From Diadema antillarum (Eukaryota): DNA of 64,000 nucleotides. The stretch covers positions 1,860,001 through 1,924,000 of the forward strand of contig NW_027270926.1 in NCBI RefSeq assembly GCF_040938485.1, read 5' to 3'. Below, piece by piece: positions 36,336-48,700 of this stretch. Both the position numbers and the translations under genes were made by a program. Under the pieces are notes generated by a model. That model searched no databases, was not told the DNA's origin, and worked only from the letters and a program-made list of their open reading frames with translations. Positions within the stretch are counted from its first letter, which is position 1; every line of letters starts with the position of its first letter.

Positions 36336-38989
36336 CTCTTTCCCAACTTTAGTCAGAGACTACATTTCAAGTAATGTGTATCTCCAATACGAAAGGAAAA
36401 TGCAAGCAACCCATTTTCACCTAAACACAAACGCACACACATCCGGGGTCCTTCCAGGAATTTCTCATTGTAGGCGAAGTATCTACTCACAGAGAAACTC
36501 GACCTTTTTTTATAGTGCTAATAGAAAGTTGAGAGTTCAACTCCAACATGGAATCGCGTTTCCTTCTATGTGGGATGCAGGCAATCACACAGCGAAGGAA
36601 TTTCGTACTAAGTAGTTCATCGTCCCGCGATAATTGAACACACATTCATGTACGTCAATAGTAATTCGTCATGTTCTGTAATAATGTGCCTTTTCTCCCT
36701 CTTTGCATGTTGCATGTAACCGCGGTTCTGTTTCTGTCATCTCTCCAGCGAGTCTCCTCCTGTGAACCCTTTTCCATGTCCCTTATTTTCACTCTCTTTC
36801 TCTAATTTTTCCTATGTCTCTCAATCTAAATATCACCCACGCTTAGTATGTCTCTCTCAGTCTATGATATCTCTCATTCTGTATTAGTTTCCCTTTTCGT
36901 AACAGTAATATTTCTATATAAGATGTTAAGCGCAAATGGCAGTAAAATCTGGCGCTATAGTATCCAAGGTATTGTGTTATAAAGAACGAACGCTATAGAG
37001 AACAAGAAGTGTGTAGATTTAAGCATTGAGTGTACATAGGAAGAAAATACATGAAAACTCTCTGACACACGGGCAAGATTTCATATGAGATTGTATTTTA
37101 CAAGAGAGGAGCATTTCTTGAATTTATTAGGGAGTTGATTCCAGATAATTATTTATAACTGCATTTATATTAAACCTGGAAGTTTTCTGCCCACGTGGAG
37201 CAGACCTGTCTATACATGGGTGATATCCTTGATGAAGTTACTGCAAATATTGATTCAGGAGCTAAAATAATCAATGTTTACTTTTGTATGCATTATAAGA
37301 ATTACATTTATGATCACTTGTGTCTAACAGGTAACCAATGTAAAATCACAATCGTATGATGTATGAGATATACGGTTCTTAATGTGGATGGACAATAACA
37401 AGCCTTTCGACTTAGTTTCGTATTCGCTGAATCATAATAGATTTTCGCTTGTGTTTTTACATTATTGACCAAAGAGCACGTGCAACCAAGCGGTCAAAAG
37501 TTAGCGGTGTTTTACCGGCCGGTAACTGAGAACGGTTTTTTTCATGTACATGATATCACCATGAGTTGGCACTATTGGCGATGGAGTGACTGTTGACTAA
37601 GGACAACTGATCGTAAAATCAGAGGGCAAATATTAGCTGTGAAGATAACACTCGAATTCAATATAACCGATAAGAGGAATATTACACTCAAGACGTGATG
37701 TACCAGCCCGGGCAGTTCACCATGCACTGGAAAACGAATGATCGGTTCACACACAATCGTAAAACTGTTAATTTCAACCTCATAATGATTATGGTTATAT
37801 CCATTGAATAGTCGCAGCTTTAATTATGATTGGCCTAATCACCTCACGGTCCTTTGAAATTTTCCCTTCACAATGTGGTTATGAAAGCAGTCTTCTATAT
37901 CTGATTTGCTGGATAATTTGCGTAATTTGCATACTTATTATGTTGGACACGAACGTCAGAGTACACAGAACATGCACAATGTTATCACTGATCACACAGA
38001 CCCATTATTACAGTTAACCACAAATCCCTTTATATCCAGTCGTACTTTTGTGGAAATAAAGAAAGATAGAACGGTAGGGGACTTCTGTCAGTTGTTCGAT
38101 GGCTATTCCATTTCAACTTTATGATGATAATCATGATCTGGAAACGGATATGTGTTGACTATAGATTTTCTTTTCTTCTCATTTCTTGCCGAATATTCAG
38201 ATGCAAGCATAGTGGGAGTGAAAGATGATCCGAAAGTCCTGTAGAAAACTTGGAAATTTGATAATATCTTTCGATTAATTCTCCTAGCTATTGTTTTGGT
38301 CCTTATTGCACAGATATCAAATATCATGTGAATTAAGGGAAAATGTTCGAGTGTTGGCGACAGAAAGACACAGGGGAGGGGATGAGAGAGACAGAGATTG
38401 GGGAATATAGTTCAATCTATTGTCTGCGACAACCGTTCGGCGTCGAGTTCGATCGCTCTTGAGCTTTGACCTTGGGTGACAAAAGTTTGGAAAACTGCCG
38501 CTACTTCTCACTGATCGTACGATCAAACCTCGCATGTTTACAAAATGCACAAACTTTGTTAGCGGAATGCCACACAAGTGCATTTATTTGATGATAAAAA
38601 CATCTTCATCATTTTGTTCGGTTTTAAATGATATCAAGCAATCAAGCTATAACTATTCTTGTAATAATTGCATAAGATGTATCATTATGGTATACATGTA
38701 CATCTGTATATGTCAAAAACAATGTCATACTCCGGTATAGTTGTAAAAAGTATATTACACCAGATGTTATCTGTCACCACGCTTTTCTAACTTCACAAAC
38801 AGTTTAGTGAAATGGGAACGAACATTATTTTATTGGTCCATCAATAGCGTTTTAACTGTCATACCACCCCTTGTCCCAGTATCGGTGTGGAAGGCGAAAC
38901 AATACAGAATTATTAACTAAAGTATATCCTACGACACACATCAAAAGTGATACTGCAGGTTAAAGTGAGAACAATTATCAACTCTGCAG

Positions 38990-39300
38990 TGGGTAGAATC
39001 TCTCGGCCCCTCTAACCAAATCCAATTCAATTCCTAACTTTCAAGTAATTCACCTAATGTCAAAGTGTTTCAATTTTCCTACAATATTTGAACTCTTCCA
39101 ATATTGAAACCATGCATCAATATGTCCATAACCGCTACGAAGTTTTTGAAACAGATGTACTTTCCACCTTTTCACCCCTCAGCGGGTGATTTAAGAGTTA
39201 TCAACATTTCTAGCGACACCTAAATCCTGAAACACCCCCTAGGTGACATTGAAGTCGGATCGTCCACTTGCATTAAGAGTTTCCAACATTAAAGTAAAAT
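38990..39300 (-). mobile_element. Possible highly decayed LINE reverse-transcriptase remnant
   Basis: Minus-strand fragments such as DLGV..D..L and RGEKVE loosely resemble RT C-terminal motifs. No open frame. Confidence 0.25.
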
Positions 39301-40576
39301 TACGTACCATGCTCAAGTTGTTTTGTAAAAGAAGCGTGAAATCAAACGAACGATTGAAGGTGTAGTAGCAATATCATCGACATCAGACATAAAATCGGAG
39401 TTACGGAAATTTCAATTGTTTTGATACAGTGACAAAGACGGCAACCACCCTTATACAAATTAACAGAAGCGATCGATGGGTCATAAAAATAATCAAAACA
39501 TCATCTCAAACACTACGATTTAGGTTGACAATTAAATAACTACAGCCTTTTCTGCGTTTCTCCTAAGTGTCACAATTGCTTGTTAATTGCAATACACATC
39601 ACATATTGGTGCGAAGGACGTAAGTTGTTTTGCCCTGTACATTTAATGTCAGAGAAGGTAATTACGGCTTGTGCTGATACAACATGACCACTTCATCTTG
39701 ACCCATTTTAAGAACATTATGAAACCTTGATATTTCGTATAACCATTACTGTACCACTCTTTTTGTAGTACCTTTATAGTCTACTTATTCAAGCCAATAT
39801 AATCATAGTACAGAATTACACTTTAATAGCCTACCGAGTCCTGAACTTGGTACAACCTGACCGCTCGACGAACCCAAGTTCGCAAATAGTCACACTCGGT
39901 CAGAAGACGCTTTTATGACTCCTGCGTGTCCTGTATGAAAAATCTTACGATGAATGTCCATCATACTTTGATAATGGAAGGAGCTTTGATCAGCAATATT
40001 TGGGCGAGAAAAAAAAAAGCAAAATGAAGTAGAACGAGAAAATTCCGACAGAACGTAATCGAGCTTTAGAGTTATACGACAAGAATACCACGGAATATGT
40101 AAGAATCATTCTTTAGTGGCAGAGAATAATGAAGGTGACAAAGATAATGATAACAGCAAACATTAATACATCCATTAATCTATGCAAACGTTTTGGTATG
40201 CATTATTTTCTGACTAACTGAATTCGACTTAAGCTCACAAAGTTCATGGACGAATACCCACTGGTCTGGACGAGACTCCTGTTTCACCTTGCATGCAATT
40301 ATTTTGTATCAGTGAAAGGCAATAAAGTTTGGATATCATCATTGATTTATCTATTCATCATCATTCTTTCTTGTACATCAAGTGCTTGAATATAATATCC
40401 ATCTTAACTCTTCTCATGTAAAGTAGATGAAACTATAATGTTATTACCTCATAACACCCCCAATCGACATTCACAAAAACCTTTATTTCCCATTTTTTAT
40501 AAGATGATGACAATCAGCGGTAAATCCCCAGTAAAGCAGGCGAACAGACGATCAAATGCCTCATAAAGAAGGATAT

Positions 40577-40802
40577 ACAGACAGACAGACAGATAGATCG
40601 ATAGATAAATAGATAGATTGATTATTGAATAGATAGAGAAGTAGATAGGTAGATTGATATATAGATAGATAAGTAGATAGATAGATACATTTGTGGATAG
40701 ATAGAGATAGATAGATAATTGATTGATTGATTGATTGATTGATATGATTGATTGATTGATTGCTTGATTGATTAATTAATTAATTAATTAATTGATTGAT
40801 TA
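40577..40802. repeat. Compound microsatellite (GACA)n/(GATA)n/(GATT)n/(TAAT)n
   Basis: Directly visible tetranucleotide arrays. Confidence 0.95.
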
Positions 40803-41519
40803 ATTCGCAGAAAACGTATTTTTCTGTAATAACTTTTCGTATATAATACAGTAGATATGGCCCGCCCGTGTGATGTGCTGTGCCCCTCGGGCATGTCGGG
40901 GTTTCTCTTTACGGCCAAAGTTCGCATAGGGCGAAGTTCGCATTGGCAACAAGGAGCTCAAGTTCTTTTCTTGTTTCTTTCCCTTGATACAGTGTGTAGC
41001 ACTGACATAGAATTACCTGTTCACACATAGCTGTAATGATCATGATGTTTTGAGCCTCACCCGATTTCATCATTTACATTAAAAAATTGTCTTATTTCAA
41101 GATCGTTTTCTGGATTCTTCCGAGCGTACAGTTATGCAGCTTTAGCGAGAAAGCTGGATTTCAGAAGTAACTTCTATAGGAAGTGGTAATATAGGCCGTC
41201 CAGCTTTATGTATATTTTATGACAGTCATTCATCAGCAGCTGTTCATGCACGAAGAAGGGCGTCCCGATATTTTGCTTTTCTCAATATCTTACCGATGCT
41301 ACTCATGTCAAAGGAGATGAACTTTCTACACATGAGATGACTAAATACTACTAATCTAAAGTTGCAAATGTGTCATTTTTAATCTTCGACAACCTGGCTT
41401 TCTACTGATGGGAATTTACCGTCAACCATCATGGAGTCTTCTTTCTCTTCACTGCACAATAGACACCTTCTTATTGGCAAATCTCACAATCATGACACCA
41501 TCTATCTGTACTGAATTTT

Positions 41520-41810
41520 ATTTGAACGACATTTTTCTTTCTTCTTTCATTTCCGTCTCCATCAATTCGTCTCGCCATCACTTTCGCATCATTCTCTCTG
41601 TTATTGTTTTTTTCCTCCTTTCCTTCAGCTATTTTTTCTCTTTTCTCTGTCTTTCTTTCACCTTCTGAGCTTTCTGCTTTCCCATCTTTTTCCTCATTTT
41701 GTTTCTCCTTCACATTCTTAATTTCTATTTTTCTCTCTTTCGTTGGTTTGTCATTTCTTTCTTTCAGATTTCCTCCTGACTTTTTGTTTTGCGTCTTTTC
41801 CCCTATTCTC
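41520..41810. repeat. Pyrimidine-rich low-complexity tract
   Basis: The T/C-rich run yields spurious F/S-rich (+) and K/E-rich (-) ORFs. Confidence 0.7.
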
Positions 41811-42088
41811 ATCCTCGATAGCAAAGCAAATCAATTAACGTTATTTCAGTTTTATTAATATCATTTTTTAACCGCATTGTCTTGTTAGTTGCAAGAAACG
41901 TTTGACAAAGTCCTTCTCCCCTCCCCCCCCCCCCCGTATATGAGATACTTGATTACTTCCAATTAGTAGGTAGGCCTATAGAGAACATGTACATGTATTT
42001 TAGCCAAGAGTGTAAACGCGACCGCGCTGAACGGTTCAATCGACGGACCCGATGACCCAACTCCCAGGCTCCATATTTAACTTGTGGT

Positions 42089-42461
42089 CACGTGTAATCA
42101 GTTGTATAACGTGATAGTAAAGACGAAGTCACAGAATGTTTCTGCTGCAGAATGGTGTGGTCAACTACTTTGCACATGACACGTGGGAGTAATATTAATA
42201 TATAAACACTATCCGCCCATGTGGTAGTGGTGAAGGAGCAGACGTAGTGAATTTTTGGCGTCGCACAACAGTAGGCCACACCTGCGAGTCCCCCACCCCT
42301 CTTTATGTGTACTTCGTCTAAAACTGTGGATACAAGTACCAGCAAAGTTAAGTTGCACATGGTTGTAGTTGGACTGTGCCGTGCCAGCAAAGATGTCATG
42401 CGCACCCGGTTTGTGAAGACAGCTAGTATATAGTAAGTGGCACACATGCTGGAAACACGTG
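42089..42461. promoter_or_regulatory. Cluster of three CACGTG E-boxes upstream of the SLC35F-like gene
   Basis: CACGTG at 42089-42094 (in GTCACGTG), 42180-42185 and 42456-42461, 320-700 bp before the ATG at 42783. Confidence 0.45.
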
Positions 42462-42782
42462 GTTATTTTAATGTCTAACTTCTTTCGCGCACATGCCCAC
42501 TACATTTTCTGACGGACGTGTCTTACAATCCTAGCGTCACTGTGATTGGGAACTTCCTCTGAGCGAGTTACAGTCATTTCTCCAATAGGCCGAAATGTCA
42601 AAGCGCTTCTGCCTCAGTTAAATCAACCCATTCTGCTCAGTTCTATAAGTTATTGACTTTAAAGCTCAAAGAATATCACGGCGAAAATCACATGATTATC
42701 ACCGGAGAAAGCTCAAGCGCGAAAAACTGATCGGAACTCAACGTCGGAGCTAGCGTAACAGATCGTGTTCATAAAGAATATC

Positions 42783-45700
42783 ATGGGAAAAGCCGACGGT
42801 GAACAAGACGACATCTTTCAAAATGGAGAGGACACCGAAACCGAAAAATCAGACGTTAAGGAGGAACCGATTGAGTTAAAAGAAGGTAAGGGTTGCGCTG
42901 TGAAAGAGAAGTATATACAGAGATAAAGAAAGTTTGGGTTAAGAAAAAACAACGACGGACGTCATTAGGGCCTACATGAATAGGAAAGAGAGAAAGTACG
43001 AAGAAAATAATGTGAGGGTATGACGAGGGTATGACCTTGAAGAAGATGAAAAGACTGGAAACGAGGGAAGAGAAGGAAAAGAAGAGCTGGAAGAGACAGT
43101 ACTGTATAGAAAACGTCATGAAAAACATAAAAAAAGATGGGCGACCTGTGTTTGGACAATGTTGCGTAATTTATCTCATATGCCAGTGCAGCAGAGCCAG
43201 GTTTATCCATCGACACCGTGTTACCACAGATATTGAGCAAATTTCCATTTTTTCGTTAACGTTCTAATTATTTAATGACACTGCACTTGAGGCCACCCTT
43301 CGTACTCTGATAACTATGATACCAAAACAAAGAAAATAATATCAGGTGACTCGGTTAATATTGATGCAAACCATAAAGATATGTTATTATGCGTTAAAAC
43401 ATCTTTATTATTGCTAATGACATCACCTATCGCTTCTTCAATATCGGCTCCATCATTTCTATATTACCACGTAAATCTGTAACACACCACCCACCACGAC
43501 ATATTATGCCCTTTTGCTTTTCAAGGATGAGAAACATGGTTGGCCAGTTTACGTTTCGAACACCAATTAAAGCGACAAATGTGGCTGATCAATAGTTACT
43601 GTGTAAGATTTGGCGGAGATACACAATTAAGGAGCTAAGCAAACAATCAGCATGTGACCCATGATCTATTGCCCAAAACTATGATAAAGAATTTCGATGT
43701 ATTTCCATAGTCCTCTAGGCAGCTCAGCTTGTGAAATCGTGCAGACAAAGTTATGTCAGGGAGCAGCGTCTCTTCATTACAAATGTTGCTATTAACTTTA
43801 GTAATGAAAAAAAAAGAAGATCTCATTTAATAACGTAATCCTGTCTATGTAGCAGCAGACGATCGAACAACTCTGACTTTCAGGTGACATTCAAAAAGAG
43901 GCCGGTATCGTGCTGAGGTACGCCAGCAGAGTGTGGGGCACCCGCAAACCGCAGGCAATATAGTTTTGCTATCGCCCAGGCACTATCCTCTTTACCCTCA
44001 CTTTCCTGATTTTACTGGCAGGAAGACAGGAAGTTTGCTAAGCACATGGCGGCATGGCACTTTTAATAGAGACAATTAGACGCAAAATGAGTGTCTGAAG
44101 AAACGGATAAAGAAACAAGCATTTCCTATGAACCTGCGAATAATGTGTTTTGCAGTGGTATATCTTGAAGATAAGAGTTGGTCGATGGCCGAACAAGAAG
44201 TGAGCCAATTTGCTTAAGGCCTTTTCTGTTTGAAAGCTAGCTGGGTGCTGTTTTGTGTTAATGTATTATTTCAACCATAACTCGTGGCTCAAGTAGGCAT
44301 ATGTGTCTATTAGGTATTTTCGGTTTATGCACTGAGAAAGCAATGCTCTTTAAATAATTAATTCCCGTAGAATCATAATTTTGGACGCCCCCCTTTCTCA
44401 CCCCCTGGTTAGGGCAGGAGGAGGAGGAGGAGCGAGGGGGGGGGGGGGGGCATGTGTACGTCCCTCCCATCGTATATGTGCTTGTGCGTTTTAAATGTTA
44501 TATTTTCCTTTATATGCTGATTAAAAGTAGACTTTTTGGTGTTGAGAATCCAGAAATGTATGGGGGGGGGGGGGTTGTGAGGTGTTTTTGAGACTTGGCA
44601 ATCTTGATATAATTGTCAGGTCTTCTCATGCGAAATAGGGTCAAAATTTCAAGTGACAATGACCACCTGACAACTGAAAATATCCATTTTATAAGATTAC
44701 TTTGTAACAAGTATGTCATACTTTTATTTTTTTCCCTAGCATGCCTATAATTGTAGGCCTATACTGTTATTATAGCCCAATCAATGAAAGTTTGAGTTGC
44801 ATACACACATAGCGTTCCATACTATTTCAGAAAGGGACTTTTCCCCAATTGGATCGAAAGGGAAACATAGAAGGACCGCTCATACTTTTATGCCCCCGAT
44901 GTCTTACCAATATATAAGTGGATTGATGTACTGATGACGCCATCAATACGGTGAGTACGTTCAAAACATGGTAGAGTAAACATTGTCATTCCAAAATCAG
45001 TATACGTGCAATATGACCCTCTATAATGGATAGAGAGCTGTGTTTATACTGCGTTTTTGCACTTCATGTACGCGGTGCGCGCTTGCGTGTGTCATTGTGC
45101 AATTCTATGGATAGGTAGATTTAAAGTATAGAAAGCTGAATGAGCAAAAATTATTATGTGTATGTACGCGTACATGCATTACGTAGGCCTGCCCACACAA
45201 TAATGTCATACAGTATATAATATATGACATATTATGATACATGCAAGATACGTTTGTCTGGTCGTGGTAGTTCCTGAATGTAAAGGTCTACATACAAAAA
45301 GGAAAAAAGCTGAACTTTTGTCCCATTCAATAGTGGCTTTTCAGGAAGGATGAAATAATGAAAAAAAGAAGGGGGAAAGAGAAATATAACGACAGCCATC
45401 ATTCATCGGTATAGGTTCCTAGATGATAATGTTTCGAGAATGAATATAAAACGCAAAACAAAATAATGTCTATATGCAGAAACAAATTCAGATCACACCC
45501 ACCCCCCCCCCCCCGAAAAAACCCCCAACAACAACATACCACCGAATAAATAAGCAAACAAAAGCCCAACTCCAAACTGCAACTTTGCCACGGGTTATAG
45601 GGGCCTATTATGTTCCAGTGCATATGCAATATGCTCGATCATGCCTGGAACATTTTTGATGCTCAACAAGTTTTAATGCTTTTCATTAGCGAAAAATACT

Positions 45701-48700
45701 CATCACCTTGTTCGCACATCCAATCCTTTGTCTTTTATTGGTAATTGTATTGTCATAACTTAATCTTTCGAAGAATGATTTCCAGTTGGTTTGCTCCACA
45801 AGTAATCCACGAGCAGGAACGGTTATTTTTTCTCTTTGGACTTTGGTTTCAAAATGTCTTGATCTCTTCTTATTGTCATCTCAGTGGAAACCATGGACAA
45901 GAAAGATGACATCGAGCCCATCCTCGCCGCCAGCGACGACGAGCCGCCCAACTACAGCACAATCAACGCAAACGGCCATGAACCCGTGGTTGACCATGAA
46001 TCGAACCGGGGCGCCGACGCCGCCAGGTCGCGTCAGATCACAAACAATTTCGACACCCTCCGAAAGACGTTTCTCGGCTTCGTCATCGTGGTCGGGATCG
46101 CCGTGTCGTGGGTCGGATCGACGCAATTCTCGCAGAGCACGTACTCGGATACGTTCAGCGCCCCGTACTTCAACGTCTGGTTCGGAACACTGTGGATGAT
46201 GGTGTGTTATCCGCTCTACGTGATCGGTGCCTGGATATTTAAGAAAGAAAGCAGAAGCAAGGAAGGCACATTAGATCTATACAGGTATCATACATAAAAT
46301 GAAAATAATCATGTTATCTCATCATAATGATAAATATATAATAGTAATGCATGTATTGTAATGATTAAACAATAATAACAGTGATAATGATGATTGCTAT
46401 CATTTGTTATAAAAGCGTTTATGCAATTGTTCATCTATTCATTTATGAATGCGTGTACGCATTAGCACCAAATTCATGAGAATGACGCGTGATTTTCCAA
46501 TACAAATATAAAATAGACTAATAAATTATTTTAATGAGATTGCTTTTACGTTGTTGACTACAATCAAAGAGATAAAAATGAACGTGTTATTTTTGTCATA
46601 AGATATTGACACGCTGAGGTGAACTTACATACAAGTATTATTTTGCAATGAGACAACGTAAAGAAACATAACTAACAGTGTGCATCGTGCTTTATTTGAC
46701 ACAGTTCTGGACACATCAAACATCCAGATTATTATGTTCGCATTTCTGTCACAAACCCCAGGCAAGCGGAGACTGTTTTTGGCAGGCGCGGACTGACCTT
46801 GAAAAATTACTTCCGGTTGGTCATGCCCTTCGCTCTGTGCTGGATGGTGACCAATTACATGTACGTCTACGCGCTCGGGGTGATAGCCGCTGCTGACGTC
46901 ACCGCTCTCTTCTCCAGCAACACCGCGTTCATCTACGTGTTTTCTTGGATTTGGCTCCACGAGCGTTTGGCGCTGTTGCCCGCCCGGGTAAGTTATGACA
47001 TTATACTAAGGCCTATCTATCTAGGATAAACTTTTTAAGGTGTTAATACTGGAAGGATCAAGAGAAATACAATCTTCACGGCGAGCTTCGTTCAATTTTA
47101 GTTATGGAAGAACTGAAGGAAATAAATGTAGAATGTGAAAGTCTTCGTCTTCATAAAGATTATAATTTTTCGTCCAAATGACGAGGCGACTCCCGTTAAA
47201 ACGAAGTCGTCGCAGTTTTCTTTCTCTGTGTGGGAATTTTGTTGTAACCACAGAAAATTGTGCATCATCAAAGACTTGAATAACGAAAATTCAGGGTACT
47301 TCATTTTATTCTTTCGTTGGTACAAAATTTCACTATAACCGTGTCCATTATTAATGGAGTGCCCTGCAACAACGAAGACATGAATTGTCTGATTTTGCTC
47401 ACAGTGATGCATAGTGATGTTATATGTTTTCACTGTATATAACTGACTCTTCATTTATCTGGCTGGCATATGACTCAAACGGGAAGCTCAATTCGGAAAC
47501 TGCCGACATTTTACTGCATTGTCCTTCCAAGAAGAATTCAACGATGGGCAGATGGTGCGCTTCATTTTCAATCCCTATAATGATGTCATACTGTTCATGA
47601 TCGCACTGAAACGGCGGTGCAGCATCCGATTTTTTGGTATCATGAAAGCACACTATTCATCTCGTGGAAAGAAGTGCTCTGGACGTCTTTAAGCTTATAG
47701 AAGAAGAGTAGGCTGAATTGTGCGGTTGTTTTTTTTTTTGGCCGACTGTGTGATAGATTCTCTGTCTGTGTTGCCTGTAATACATAGTTTTTGCTTGCAT
47801 TACACACCATGAAATGCGGGACAATTTCACACATACACTGTTGTCGCGAAAAAGAAAAGAAGAGTCTTTGCTATTTTACAATTCATTTGAAAACTAAAGG
47901 CGCAGGGAAAAAAGTTAAATGAAATACGAATTACAGAGAAAAATGAGCGTTCCATGAATAATGGTTTGCACGAAAAAAAAAATGTTGAAATTATTGTTGC
48001 TGTAACTACTAATGATATAAGTCCTACAAGGTCGTCAAGATGACTACAACTCTTAAGACTCATTATTCCTTCATTTACAAAAGGTATAACTTTTTTGTCG
48101 AATTCATTTCTGCGAAACTAATTTAGTGAAGATTTGGCATATGTCTCCGTTTCGTGAAAACGTCTAAATCCTAGAAATAAAATCAACTCTTAATTTTGAA
48201 TAATTTTCCATGCATTGCTCCGTGCTTATTTCCGAAGGGCAACGTGATTATGGAGTGAAGCTTGTCTTTAAAGTATGATTTCTCGTAAGAGACAGAGATA
48301 AAGGGGAGCGATGGGAGAGGGATAGTGCGAGAAGGGGATATGAATCATGATACATTGTAAAGTATGAAAGAACATAGTAATAGAAGCGATCAACTTACCA
48401 TGATGTTTATGCCGCGGTGAGGAAAAGAGGAGAGGGAGGGAAATAATGCACCAAATTGATGATTCAATCAGGTCATGGCCTTCCATTGTAGGCCAGACAT
48501 CCAATCATCACACCATTCTTTGCCAACCGTCATATTTAAAGGTACTGTGTAATGCAAATGCATATTGACTTTTGTTGATTCATGATACTCTGGTCATAAA
48601 GTATCCGTGGCATGATTATCATGAAAGTATTCCTTGTGCTTATTTTTTTTTTCAAATTACTTGGATACTCCCACAAAAACCTTCCAAATCTATATTCTGC

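Noticed and set aside
41408-41858. K/E-rich 117-aa and F/S-rich ORFs
   Set aside because: They are translations of a pyrimidine-rich low-complexity tract, with no splice or domain support.
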